From Lama guanicoe (Eukaryota): DNA of 64,000 nucleotides. Position 1 is the stretch's first letter. Each line of letters starts with the position of its first letter. Location: positions 7,458,931 to 7,522,930 of the forward strand of contig MU057340.1 in the NCBI GenBank assembly GCA_013239625.1. The letters run 5' to 3'. Position numbers and translations under genes: made by a program. Shown here piece after piece: positions 51,382-64,000 of the stretch. The notes below the pieces were generated by a model. The model was given only the letters and a program-made list of their open reading frames with translations, ran no database searches and was not told the DNA's origin.

Positions 51382-51972
51382 GTTTAGACAGTAAGTAGTG
51401 TGCATATTTAGAGAATTGAGAGAGTTTAACAGTGGGTAGAAAGGGAAGTCTTCGTGCAGTAGGAGGAGATTGAAGACTAAGCAGGAATTAGGTAGAGAGG
51501 TGATCTTCTGGGTGGGAACACACTGTGAATGAAAGCTATAATTGCAAGGCTTTGTGAGCGAATGGGTGGGAGTAAAATTAGAAAAAATGGGCTTCTCCGT
51601 GAAAGCACCCCAAGAGGGAAGGACATTTGCACTTCTGACAAGCACTTGCTGAGAGATTAAATACACAATTTAGGTCCTGAGATGCATATTCCTGAAGCCT
51701 TGGGGCCCAGTTCAGTTCCTTTTGCCCTTCCACCACGCTGCTTTTCTAGCCTATCTCTTTCTGCAGGATTGGCATTTCCAGCCCCAGGGCACAGAGATGT
51801 CAGCCTACAGGAAGAATGAAATTTGCTGTTGAGTACTGGGGGGAGTCACTTTGTGATGATTTCTCTGTATGGTCAAGAGCAGCACACCAATCAAGTGACG
51901 GAGGTACTTCTGAATGTCTGTGTCTCTGGTGACAAGAGCTCTCAGTTTAAGCAAACCCTTATGTCAAAGGGT

Positions 51973-52230
51973 GGCATTTCTTAAAGTGTATTAATCAGAA
52001 GACTAGTCCGGCCAGATGATTCCAGAAAAAGGGGGTTCTATAGTATAAACGATGCTTTCTTTTGGAGGTTGACCAGGTACATTGGTAAATTAAAGGGCAT
52101 GAGAAAATCTGTTGCAAAGAAATCTGTTTAACTCATATAACCATAAATTTCCCAAACACTTGACCACAGAACCGTTTCCCATGGAGCATCTGTGACCATC
52201 TCGTGGCACCTGTTTCGAAAAACAATGCTT
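51973..52230. mobile_element. Old hAT-Charlie-type MITE
   Basis: cattt..aaagtgt / ttcccaaacacttgaccacagaacc...aacaatgc termini. Confidence 0.45.
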
Positions 52231-53179
52231 TAAGGAAACTGATGTGAATATAAATATTGCTAACAGGTACTAGTTGTGGCTTCAAGTTAACATGAAAGAC
52301 AAAGTAGGGGAGAGAGAATATAAAATAATTCAGATAACTCAAGCATGGATTGGAATACAACCTTCTTATTTGTTGCATCCATTTGAATTCTGTTTGCCCC
52401 AACCTACCCCCAGCGTTCTAGTTTCAGGTGAACAGGAGTACTAGAGTGCTGAGATAGGAAAGCAAAAAATGGGGAGCAGGACATTTAAATTTATTTTCTT
52501 CTTCTTTTTTCTTGTTGTTGATGTTAAACTTCTGGCTTTGTCCCCTTCTTCCAAGTCCTTCTGGAGACTTTGACTGAAAGCATGAAAATGATTGTCATCT
52601 GGAGCTATTCACGGCAGGCAGAACTGAGCTTAGAGGGAAAACAAATGTATAATTAGCAAGCACGTAAACATCCCCATCCAAGCCCAACTCTCCTCCTCTG
52701 TAGGGCAGACGAAGAGATGTGCAGAGGAGCGAGGCAACCCAGAGTCTCACTGAAGTATCTGGAGGATTCAACTGGGAAATTCTGTGCAATTTGCTGCAAA
52801 CAAGTCAGACATTATAATCTAATTAAGTCTAACCCTATGTTGAAGAGGCTCTACTTAGCATTTCATAGCATTTCCTTTTCCTTCTCTATTTTCATTTCTT
52901 TTATGTGCTTCTGAAACATCCTTCTTAATTTTTATGCACTGTCCTGCTGTCTGGTTTTGTCAGCTCCTTCACTTGGCATGTAAGGATCTACTGTGTAACA
53001 AGTATCAGCGAGTCAATGAAGACTTCGACATGATCCTCACTGTTGAGAGGCTGATATTCAATATGGCCAGAGAGACACAGAGGTAATAAATGCAATCAAA
53101 TGTTTAGATGTTATGTTCAATATCTGCATAGGGGTAAGAATGATGCAGGAAAAACGGATGTGGAGTGTGAGGAGGGCCG

Positions 53180-53777
53180 TGTCCCAAGTCTCAGTTTAGT
53201 CCCTGGGATGTCAAGTGTGGATCCTTGGCTTCAAATAGGAAAGAATTCAAGAGCAAGCCACAGCTGAGAAAAGGTAGATTTATTCAGAGAGATACATATT
53301 CCACAGACAGAGTACAGGCTGTTTCAGAAGGCAAGATCAAGGCCACGAGGTGTGGGGGCTGGGTGCTCAGATTAGAGTAAAAGTGGACACACACTCCATA
53401 GACAGAGTGCGAGCCATCTCCGAAGAAGAGGGAGAGAGAGAGGCGGCCACGAGGCACAGTGTTGCTAGTTTTTATGGGCTCGGTAGCTTCATATGCTAAC
53501 AAGTGGGAGGACTGTTCCAACTACCCTGGGGAAGGGGCTGGGATTCCCAGGAATTTGGCCACTGCCCATTTTTTGTCCTTTTATGGTCGGCCTTGGAACT
53601 GTCATGGCGCCTGTGGGAGTGTCATTTACCATGCTAATATATTACAGTGAACATACAATGAAGCTCAAGTTCTACTAGAATTCAAATCTCCCGCCATCTT
53701 GAGCTTCAAGGCCTACTGGGGGTTGAATCTTCCACCATTTGGTTGTTAATTGTGTCATTCCTTGAATGGCTGTGCCC
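53180..53777 (-). mobile_element. ERV1 solo LTR
   Basis: ggatccttggcttcaaataggaaagaattcaagagcaagcca...tttatt...tgtcatggcgcctgtgggagtgtc...ccgccatcttg...ccctcctgtct. Confidence 0.8.
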
Positions 53778-54049
53778 TGCCCCCTTCCCTCCTGTCTTGG
53801 GAGGATCCAGGGGAAGCAGTTGCCAGTTCTACCTGGATGTGCCAGGGGAAGTTTCATGCCGAAGATGACCTTAGAACCAAATCTTTAAAAATGAGCAAGG
53901 AGGGTGTAGATCAAACAGAAAGGTGCTCACATCCTTCAAATATGTGTTGCTGGTTAGTTCCACGTGCAGTTGGATGATCAGCAAAACCTCAAGCCCACCC
54001 CATCCCTTTATTACCTTGTAGATAAGGGAACTTTATCATCAGGCACCTT

Positions 54050-54311
54050 CAGAGTGAAGTATGTGAACCCAGGATGAGGGATGTTCAAGATGATCCACTA
54101 GATTGTAGAAAGGAAATGTCCGAACTTTAAAGATGTTATCTCATCTCTTCGAAACTTCTGCTTTTGAAATTTCTATTTCTGAGTTTTATGATGTGTCTAT
54201 GAATATCATTGTCTATGTTTATGACTTATAAATAGTATAAATATATTGAGGGGTGCAGGGTGCATTTTTTTACTGATGGGGTGCAGGATCCAAGAGCTTG
54301 TAGACCACCAG
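54050..54311. mobile_element. Old hAT-Charlie-type fragment
   Basis: End ttttttactgatggggtgcaggatc...gaccaccag. Confidence 0.45.
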
Positions 54312-55280
54312 TATGTATTATTCATCTAGGAAGTGATTGCAAATATCTTAGATTTTATCTTTATTCAATAGACTATTCCTGAGAGTTTTCTTAGACATCA
54401 TTTTTTTTTCTTTTAGTAACAGTAACACACTATTTTATGCCTCTAATATGTTCCAGATTCTGAACTAGGCAATTTGCGTTAAGTACCTCAGTTAACTCTT
54501 ACAATAGTACTAATAGTACAGGAAAATCAGCCCAGGATGTGATTGAAAAACAGAGGACCATAGAAGTTTAGTCATTTCCTTTAGATTAAAAGAGGCAGAG
54601 CCAGGGTTGAAATTACACGTAGTCTGACTTAAATGCCCATGTGTTGAACGATTAACAGTCGTCTTTTTAAGGTCAACAAAAATAAGTTACTAACATGCTT
54701 GCTTTGTTTTGTTGGAGGTGGTAGAAATTAAGTATTCATAGCCTTTTGCACCTATAATTTTCCTATGAAAATGCATATTCCTGTAAGCAAAAGTGAACTC
54801 TGATGCTTATTAGGTTATTCATCCTTTTCTAATTGCATTTGGTTTTTGAAAATGTGTCTCTTCTTTGACCTAGAAAGAATTACCCATCTGTGGTAATTTA
54901 TTATTAATAGAACACTTATTTAGTACTTATTATGTGTCAGAGATTGTGAAAAAAAATTTTTTTTTTTCACATAACAGCAAGTCCCCAGTTAAGAAAGAAC
55001 TCAGAGTAATAGCTAGCAGGTCATGAAGTAAGAATTCTAACCCAGGCAGTCTCTTTGGCTTTGGAACCCATGCTATTAACCATTAAGCTATGTTCCCGCC
55101 CCATAGAAGGGCACCCAGTTTTCTCAACAAGAATGCTTATTGCAGCATTGTTTGTAATAATGAAAACCTGAAAGCAAACTAAATAGCCATCAACAGCGGC
55201 CATCATCATATTCCATTCCCTGTGGCAATCCATGTGGAATGGAATACAGTAAACACGATGAGGCCAGTAGAAATGCTAAC

Positions 55281-55724
55281 TGTTTTGGTTTCTTGGGGCT
55301 GTCATAGCAAATTATCCCTTACTTGGTGGCTTAAAACAAAGGAATTTATTCTTTCACGGATCTGCAGGTCAGAAATCCAAAATCAAGGTATCATCAGGGT
55401 CAGACTGCTTCTGAAGGCCCTAGGAGAGAATCCTTCTTCTCATCTTCCAGCTTCTCGTGGCCCCAGACGTTGCTTGTAGCTACGTCCATCCAATCTTTAT
55501 CTCATCTTCATATGACCCTCTCTCTGTGTCTGCGTCCAAATCTCCCTCTCCTTTTCCTTAAAAGGACACCAGTCATTGGATTTAGGGCCCATCCTAAATC
55601 CAGGATGATTTTATCTGTGGACCCTTAACTAATTAAATTTGCAAAGACACTCTCTTTCCCAGTAAGGTCACATTCTGAGGTTCTGGGTGGACATAAATTT
55701 GGGGGGACCCTATTCCACTCACTA
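55281..55724 (-). mobile_element. MaLR MLT1 (B/C-like) solo LTR inside an L1M fragment
   Basis: ggtggcttaaaacaaaggaatttattctttcac...aggacaccagtcattggatttagggccca...aggtcacattctgagg. Confidence 0.85.
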
Positions 55725-56361
55725 TACTAGTTGAAACCTATATTTATCGAAATGAAAAATGATATATTATTAAGCAAAAAATCCACGAAATTGCAGTATG
55801 CCTAGCATGATTTCATTTTTATAAAGAAGTATATGTTAACCTGTGTGTATACACACACAGAAACATGTTTAGAAGAGCGTACACCAAAATGGTAATATTG
55901 ATTATCTCTGTGTAGTAGGATTATGTGTGATTTTTGCTTGTCTATCATTTTGTATACAATCTGAGTGTTTTGCTATGAAGAGAAAAATCATCAGAAAAAC
56001 ACTTTCTATTTTTTTTAAACAAATCTATATTTGACTCAAAAATTCCCAAACAGTATAATGACAAGACTTTGAAACCCTGTTGGTCTAACACTTTTGATGC
56101 TTACAGAACATCACTTGGGGGGAAGTCATTAGAAAGGATTTTGCTTTTTGTTTGCATGGAAAACCATTTTATCTGCTGTGTTCCTAATCGCAAGTCTTTT
56201 GTCATCCCCACCCTCATCCCAGTGCAATGACTACAAAAAGCCTCTAAACTCAATTTTTTACCTCTTGGTTAGAATCATACATCTTTTCCTCCACAGAATT
56301 TTCAGATATTAGGCAAAGGGTTTTAAAAGATTTTTATAGTATGAATCAATATCCCTTTAAT

Positions 56362-56484
56362 TTTTTTTTTTTGGTTTCTCACTCTTTAAAAACTTTATTT
56401 ATTTAGTACAGTCAATTACAATGTGTCAGCAAATTGTCCCAGTCATGCATATCCATACATATATTTGTTTTCATATTCGTTTTC
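56362..56484 (-). mobile_element. Short L1 3' end with TSD caa(t/c)atcccttta
   Basis: Poly-T, gtcccagtcatgcatat...tttgttttcatatt; duplicated flank near 56347 and 56485. Confidence 0.75.
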
Positions 56485-59400
56485 AACATCCCTTTAGTTT
56501 TTCCATGTGCAAAACCTCAACTTCCAATATTGTGACTCAAAGAAAATATTGTCACACTTCTTTGCCTTCTCTTATGGTGGTTGCCCATCTCTGAATGCAT
56601 AGGAGTTAGCCAAGAAAATATGTGGTTATCTGAAAGACAAATTTCTCTATACCTTTTGAAAATAAATTATTTAGTTCCCATAATTGCCTAATGTTTTATG
56701 AGAAACTGAAATGCTTTTCCCAGTATGTCTGTTTTTCATTTGCGGCCAACCTGCTGCTTTTCTCGACCCACTCACTGTTGATCCATTACCATCAGCAATC
56801 CGGTTGGGATTGCTCCGCTACTTGCTATCTCTGCAGTCAGAGTTCCAGTGCTTTGGGAGGTTCTGACTATTTTTGTCATCACCTTTGCAATTTAGTTTCA
56901 ACATGAAAAATACTTTGGGAGGCTCTTCAAATTGCGAACAAGTGTTGAGAATGTTAACAGACCCAGACGGTCAGATTTACCATGAGGTCCTTACCAGGCT
57001 GAGCACTCTCGGAGGGCACACACTGGGTTTGTCTTCCTTCTTATACCCCTATGCTTGTACCCAGTCTGGCCCACAGCTCTCAGTCAATGAGCTTGCTTAT
57101 TTGGCTTCCAAAACTCTAGACTTCCTATCAGCCTCATTAGGCTGAAACTCAGAATCTTTTTCCACCAGGGATGGGTAGTGACAGTGCCTAGCGGAGCCGG
57201 AGGAGAGAAAAGGCTGGCAGATTCTCCTTTCCTTGCTTCTGAGTATGCAAATTTGTCCCTGGGATAGAGGTCCAGTCTTGGCCCTCAGCTCTGGGCACAC
57301 GTGCTTTTAGGCTATGATTTAAAGATGCAAGGAGACCAGCAATAGGAGGAGTTTCTTCAGTGAATATGAAAAGGATTAAAAATCCGGGATGTAGTGCCAG
57401 TCCCTAAGCTATCCCACCCCAGTCATCAGCCAGGCAAAGCAGGCAGAACCACCTCTCTCCCTCTGCCCCCACCCCGTGCTGTGCACATTCTTCAGAAGGC
57501 TGCTGTATGTGGACCTTGGGGTTGGCCAGTCCGCCACAGACCATGTCCACAAGCCCCCCACCCCCCAGTCTCTGGGAGCCGTGTTGTGATTGATTGCATT
57601 TAACCATTATCTTGTGAGTGTGCGGTGAGGCGGTCGAGGATAACGGGAGCCTAATGATCGCAGGTTTTCTCGAAAGCAGGCACAAACACTGGATCCCACC
57701 TGTCCTGCGGGGACTACAAGAAGCCCAGAGGAACTTTGGTTTATACAGTGGGGGCAGCTGCTGCCTCAGTGCCAGGGGTAATTCCTTCCATAGAGGTAGT
57801 GAGACAGAGTTTTAAGTTAGGGGAAAAGCCCCATCTCTTTCCCTGGCCATATAAAAGATGGGGAGTGCCAAAGCTGGCTGAATGCTCATTTTGTGACTGC
57901 TGGCATGACTGAACTTGGCATTGTTTTAGCAACCGTCTCTCAGAAAAAGGAGGTAACCTTGGTTAGAAAGGAGTACCCATCCTTGGGCAGCTCCATCCAG
58001 AAGCGTCCTTAGACTGTTAATGTCAGGAGTAGAACCCACCTCCCTGCTGGAAGAATTAAAAAGAAAAGACAGCAGCTGAGTCCATTGGGATGCTGAATTA
58101 CTGAACAACATTCTGCAGAACTATTGGAGCAGGAAAGAAACACCTGTGTTGTTTGCATCATTTCTTGCTTCAGAAGAAGAGAAGCTAAAAAACAAAAATA
58201 AAGACAGATGTAAAATTTCTGTTTCCAGACTCCCAGTTGACACAGATAGATTCTGAAAAATAAAATAAAATCTTATTGCGAAAATAGCAAAACTGCCAAG
58301 GAGGGGAGAAAAGTAACCTCAGATCTGCAAGAAATATCAATCTTCAAAGTCCATTATCCAAAGACCTTTGTACATCAATACTTGATTTGAATTATGGAGC
58401 TGGGTTGCACCTTCATTTACATGGCATTTCCCCGAGTAGCTAGATAATATCAATACCTTGCATTTATACGGCGATCATCTTCCCAGATGGCTTCATTAAA
58501 TTGTATGTTTTATGAGACCCACTTTCTGAAATGTGGTCATCTCTGAATGAGAATGATGCTCCCGGGTAACTCGGGTCAAGGGGAAAATCGTGTTTTGCAT
58601 TTATGGTGTCTTTCTATCAGTGATCGTAAAAATCTTCAGTTAGCAAGCTTTGCCTGAGCATCTGTGTGGGCAGAGCCCGAGACAAGGCTCCGCATGGTGA
58701 CATATGGAAGATTACAAGGCGTGGTCCCAACCCTCCAATACCTCAGTCTCCATTAAGAACTGTTTTTCCTTTTCACCAGTGTGAAAACTTGAGGCCAGAG
58801 AAACTTAAGAGAATTGGTGGAGATCTGATGGTATATTTTTCCAGAAATGAGAATCCTTATTTCCAGGTTTGAATGTGAGTGATTTTTGATAATAACACCT
58901 AAACATGTTTAAAGTATTTCAAACATTTATTTAAGCGGAATGGTCAAGGCTTTGGTTTTACTTAAAGAAGAAAAGACCAACCCCAAAAAAGGAAAATGAA
59001 GAAGCATCTCTTATGTTGTCAACCTAGATTATAAATATTGCTAAATGTCTAAGGCCGTGATAACGACAAAGGAAAGGCAGGATTCCAACTCTGAAGAGCT
59101 TGGCTGACTTGGGAAGTAAACGACTGCGTATCCGTGGCGATTTCAAGGAAACAGGAAACCTCACTCATCTCTCGGATGAAGATTCAGTTTGTTGGCTTAT
59201 CTCTCTACCTTGTACAATTGCAAGTGCCCCCAGGAGAAGCAACACATTAAGCCATGGCCAGTACAATGCTGGGCACACGACACTCACTCTATGAGGATTA
59301 TGAGGAATTTACATTGTGCGGATAAATTTATCATAGCCTTCCTTGAGAACTTAGTTTTAATGAGTTTGGAGGGGGAGTTGGGTGGAGAGGGTAGGAGTAA

Positions 59401-61268
59401 CGGATGCCAAAAAAAGGAAGAAGAAATAGTTAAGGGTGAAAAGAAAGCAGAAAAGAGAGCCTGTGGGACTGGGAAAACCTCATCCTATGATATCTCTTAG
59501 GGACTGCAGCGATGTGTCATGTACTATATATTTTGAGATATGGGGATATGAGATTCTTATACTTAAAATACCTACGAGATTATACATCGTGGTAGAAGTC
59601 CCAACTCTAATACTGACCTGCTTGGAATTTGGGGCAAGTCTCCCTTACCTGGGTCTTAGACATCCCATCTATTAAGGGGATACACTGAATGATGTCTAAC
59701 ATAACTTTCTATACATGGCATTCTGCTTTTTGATTTAAGTGAGAATATGGGGCTATTTAGAACAAGAACTAGGGAAGCAATTATCCTGATGTTTACTTAG
59801 CTTGGTGAAGAGACGGGATAATGTTAAAAATCAAAGGTTTCATGACCTTTTCTTAATGTACTACTATAGCATTTTCAACCCCTCAGTCTACTGATCAAAA
59901 TATATTGGGTTCTATCCTGTCAGCGTTACAAGACCTTAGCCAACTTCAGATGCATTTAGAACAATGGATGATTCATCTCCCGTCTACGTTTCTGTATATT
60001 TCTTCTTTCCTAAGCTGAATCTTCTTCAGGGCTGTCTAACTTGTGGTTCTCTCAGTTGGTAAGGACTTTGAAAAATTTGTAGTTAAAAATGAAACTGTTA
60101 CCCGCAAAGCATTTTAAATTCCCAAAACTTTCCCCACAAAGTAAAAGTGCTAAATTATATATTAAAATTATAAGTGCTAAAAGAATTCAGAGAGTAGAAA
60201 AATCATAATAGTCATGCGGAATCCAGGGAAAGCTTGAAAGTAGAAATGGGGCTAAAAGTTTGGCCTTGAGGACATTTTAGACTGGAATTGTTGGAGAAAG
60301 GCTTTCTACTCTAAGGGTATCTTACAAAGAGCAGGACTTCCAAATGTAGGTCTAAGGGCCATGCTGGCCCAAGGGGAAGTTTTCAATGATCCATGACTGT
60401 TAAGAAAAGTCATAGTGAGTACGTCTGAAAATGAAATGTAGCAATTGAAAGGACTGTTCTTTATTTTGAGATAGTATCCTTCTTTTGCTTTAGTGGTAAC
60501 ATACCCTTTTGTAAAATGATACAGGTCGTGGATAGCAGGTGTTTTTATGTTGTGGCGTAATGGCATCAAATTTGGTCTCCTTTTGACGGTCTCTCTCATT
60601 CCCTTTGAAATTTTACTAGCCCGCAACATCCAAGATTTGGGCACCACCAGTTAGGTGACCATTTCTGATTTGTGACCTTTATTGCAGCCCTCCCTTATGT
60701 AGGCCAAGAGGCCGAGTACAGCTTTCTAGCAGGAGAGAGGACCACTGTGTTTTAGGATTTTCTTTCCCTGTTCCTGTGACTGGCACAGGCTTAGCCACGA
60801 CGTGGACAGAGTTAAGCTTGCTCTGCTGGACCTACAATGTGTCCCGGGTCTCTGAACAACCTTGCACCCTAGAAAACACCATGTGCTCTGTTGACTTTGA
60901 CTGTATTTTTGAGCTCTATGCCACGTTGCCAACCTGTTTACCCAAGTCCCTGCTTTGTATTGATTATATAAATCAATACTATTTCACAACCATTTCTCAC
61001 TCCATTGATGGAGAATGCTTTGATCGTTGGATCTTTACTTTAGTAAAGGAATGAAGAATTCTTTCTCACAAGCCAGTCTTGAGTATTTCAAGTGCTTCTT
61101 CACTCTGACATATGGTGTAGGACCACCCTCAAAGCCACCATGTAAACATTCATGTCTCTCTGGAGGAAACATGTGTGGGGACACATGTTTTTCAGTAGAA
61201 AACTTTATGGTTTTCTCTTTGTCCTCGTGTCTTCTGGCCCCTTACTAAGGAATCCATATAAGAAAATT

Positions 61269-61400
61269 TTATTTGCTTTTTTGGGGGGGGGTGGTAATTA
61301 GGCTTATTTATTCATTTATTTTTAATAGAAGTACTGGGGACTGAACCCAGGACCTCGTGAATGCTAGACATGTGCTCCACCATTGAGCTATACCCTCCCC
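61269..61400 (-). mobile_element. Vic-1-type SINE with TSD
   Basis: Reverse-complement tRNA-like head plus ggtaattagg tail; TSD tccatataag at 61253-61262 and 61401-61410. Confidence 0.9.
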
Positions 61401-63018
61401 TCCATATAAGGAAACTGTAATGATGACGCTAGGACTCGAACTGTGAAAAAAGTAATGAATTTTCTATATTTTAATTGATGTTTTGCTATATATTTTAGTA
61501 TTTATATTTTATTACATATTTTAATAGATGACAAATTTTCTACCTTTTTAATCAGCTCAGTATAATCTTTGAGCTGATATGGGGTTAAAAAAAGATTTTA
61601 GAAACACAAACTCTGATTTCACATTTCTCAATTCAAAGATGAAGGACACTAAGCCCCAGGGCAGGTAGTGACCAGCTCAAGGTCACCCAGCTGCTTAGCC
61701 CAAGTACAAGGACTTGAAGTTGATCTAGTGCTCTCTCTCCTACCTCCCTCCAAAACCCCAATGGAATTGAAATCATTGCAATAGCCACTGCCAAGTACTT
61801 AACAATGGATATTTGATGGTGGTCCTTTAAGTCTGTACCAGGGTGGTTTTCAGTTTTTCCCTTCATCAGCACAGGAAGGCAAGGACATCACACTGACTCT
61901 AATATTTCATGCTTAGCTCTGGATTCCCTTGGTTTTATATTTCTGACTCTTCCCTCCGTTTCTCATAGGGCTTTATGATTTAATTTAATTTCAGCTTCTG
62001 GCTGGCTTTGGTACCCAGAAGAGTGGTAATTTGTCCTTTAAATTATTCACCCAGGGGAGTCAGTGTTCTTCGAAAGCGAGGGCGGGGAGAACCCAGAAGC
62101 TTCATCCCCTCAGAGGGATACATGACACACACTGACACCTCACTCACTTGTTCTCCCGCCACCACACCTTATCTCCTGTGTTCAGCCCTGGTTCCTATAA
62201 TACCTTGTTTTTCTGCCGAGCATTTCACATTCACAAATAAAGCAATTTACAGAGTATTTACACACTGACTGGCGACTAATTATACACCTGCAGACACTGC
62301 AATCATTCTGGACAAGCAGCATTCCTCTACATTAAGTTCCCTGTAGCAAAGTGTCTGAGAGTTATTTGCAGAGAGAAATTTGGGGCAACAGTCTTGGCTC
62401 TAACATTCAATTGTTCAACGTCCGGGAGTTTATATAATCCAGGAAGCACCTCTGGACTGTGGTGCTCAGGTCTGAGCTCGGGGCTGGAAGGGTTTTAAAA
62501 GGAAGGGGAAAAAAAATGGGTGATGATGACCCTGGTGGATCTTGACGAAAATTGCTAATAAAACCAGGCAACGATGCGTGCAACCACTCCCAAAGAACAC
62601 AGGATATTACAAAGTCACCTGCCGAGGTGTTCGGTACAGATGGACAGGAGCTGTTTTATGCAGAACTGGAGTACAGGATGGAGGAGACTGTAGCCTTTTT
62701 TAAGCTAAAAGGATAAGAGATGAATAATGTTCAGGGCTAATTTCTGAGCGCCTACCCTGTGCTAAATTCTTCACATATTCTCTCATTTAATCCTACTGTC
62801 ATTTACTCCCACTGTCATTTCCATTTAGCATATACATTTACTAAGTTTTACTAAGAAGTAAAAAAATGTTCCCCAGATTACCTGGATAGCTAGTAAGGGA
62901 GAGTAGGAATTACACCCAGGTCTGTCTGACACTGAACCACGCCGTTACACCTTCCCCACCCTAAGAGAAGGGTGACAAGCATTGTTAAAAGGCAACTATC
63001 TAGTACATAGACACGCAC

Positions 63019-63020
<2 letters not shown>

Positions 63021-63068
<48 letters not shown>
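63021..63068. repeat. (CA)~20(TA)4 microsatellite
   Basis: Direct inspection. Confidence 0.95.
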
Positions 63069-64000
63069 ATTGGCAAATCAGAGGAAATTCTCTGCTACTT
63101 TTTTCAGCCCCTTATAAAAGCAGTATACACTTCTAGACAACTAGATGTCTAGCTTAAGTTCAATTAGAGCTTCGAATTCACATATTACCTCTGGGAGACT
63201 GAAAGCTCTGTGAGCCCCTCATGTGTGACTTCAATTTGAATGGAGGAGTGTGCAGAGCTGGAAGCACAGTGCGGTGAATGAGCAGGAGAGAAATCTCTTA
63301 GAGAGCACCTTGCTATGTTCTTTGACCTCAAATTGTGTGGGCCCTTGTCATAATTAATAGCGAGTGTTGCCACTTTCTTCTTGGTCTTTATCATTGCCTC
63401 CCTGACAAATAGTTTATAGTCTGTAATCTTCCCAGTGGTCTTCTCCCCGTGATGTTTTATACCTCAGTGACTTTGTCTCAGAGTTGTGTTTTGCATCTGC
63501 CTGCTCATCCATGGTGACCTTGTTTGGGCTTTGTTTAGTTTATTTGTTGCCTGATGATACACACCGAGCCTTACAGGGACCATTGGACTTTATATACATT
63601 CAATTTATTGACTGCGGTCATCACTGCTTCCCAACAGAGCCCAGGCCAAAACTAAATGGTGAATGCCCTTCTCACTCAGAGGTTCCACCTGTCCTGGTTC
63701 CCATCCTGTTCTCCTCTTGGGCCATATGTTTTTTGTTTTGTTTTGTTTTGCAGCCAGCAGTGATCTTACTAATTGTCACAGCTTGAAGCAACGTGACCAT
63801 GAGAATGCAGGTTAGTTTGCCTGCTTGTGACTGGAATGCTTCATAAGCACTACTGTCACTCCTTTTTTTTTTCTCTTTCTTTTTCTTTCCAGTTTGTTTG
63901 AATGTGACATAAGAGCTCGCCAACAATTAAAACTTAAAATCAAGCTAAGGTCAGTAGTGGCAGAAGACATTTAATGAGTTTGTACCAAGAACATAAGCAT

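Noticed and set aside
56700-64000. INSIG2 or another gene at the right end
   Set aside because: No CpG island and no INSIG-like peptide in any frame; the neighbour gene lies outside the window.

Overview
Mammalian genomic DNA, most likely camelid: five tRNA-Ala-derived Vic-1-type SINEs are present and I saw no Alu, Bov-tA or PRE-1. The left 7.5 kb holds the 5' end of CCDC93 on the minus strand, with its CpG-island promoter and coding exons 1-3; the gene continues off the left edge. The other ~56 kb is intergenic (by known mammalian synteny, the interval towards INSIG2/EN1). It is dominated by interspersed repeats: L1 3' ends with target-site duplications (TSDs), including a twin-primed 5'-inverted L1; a decayed ~6 kb class I ERV with integrase and env remnants and a nested solo LTR; other solo LTRs; MaLR; hAT DNA transposons; MIR and L2. 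There are ten N runs, seven of them in 27-30.5 kb. No second intact gene or new multi-gene system is supportable. The best leads are regulatory or structural: an in-frame upstream ATG for CCDC93, a UG-repeat 3' splice site on frameshifting exon 3, a near-consensus CTCF site, HOX/PBX/MEIS motif clusters, the ERV env remnant, and CpG-rich islands between the gaps. Repeat family names come from recalled consensus features and their boundaries are approximate.
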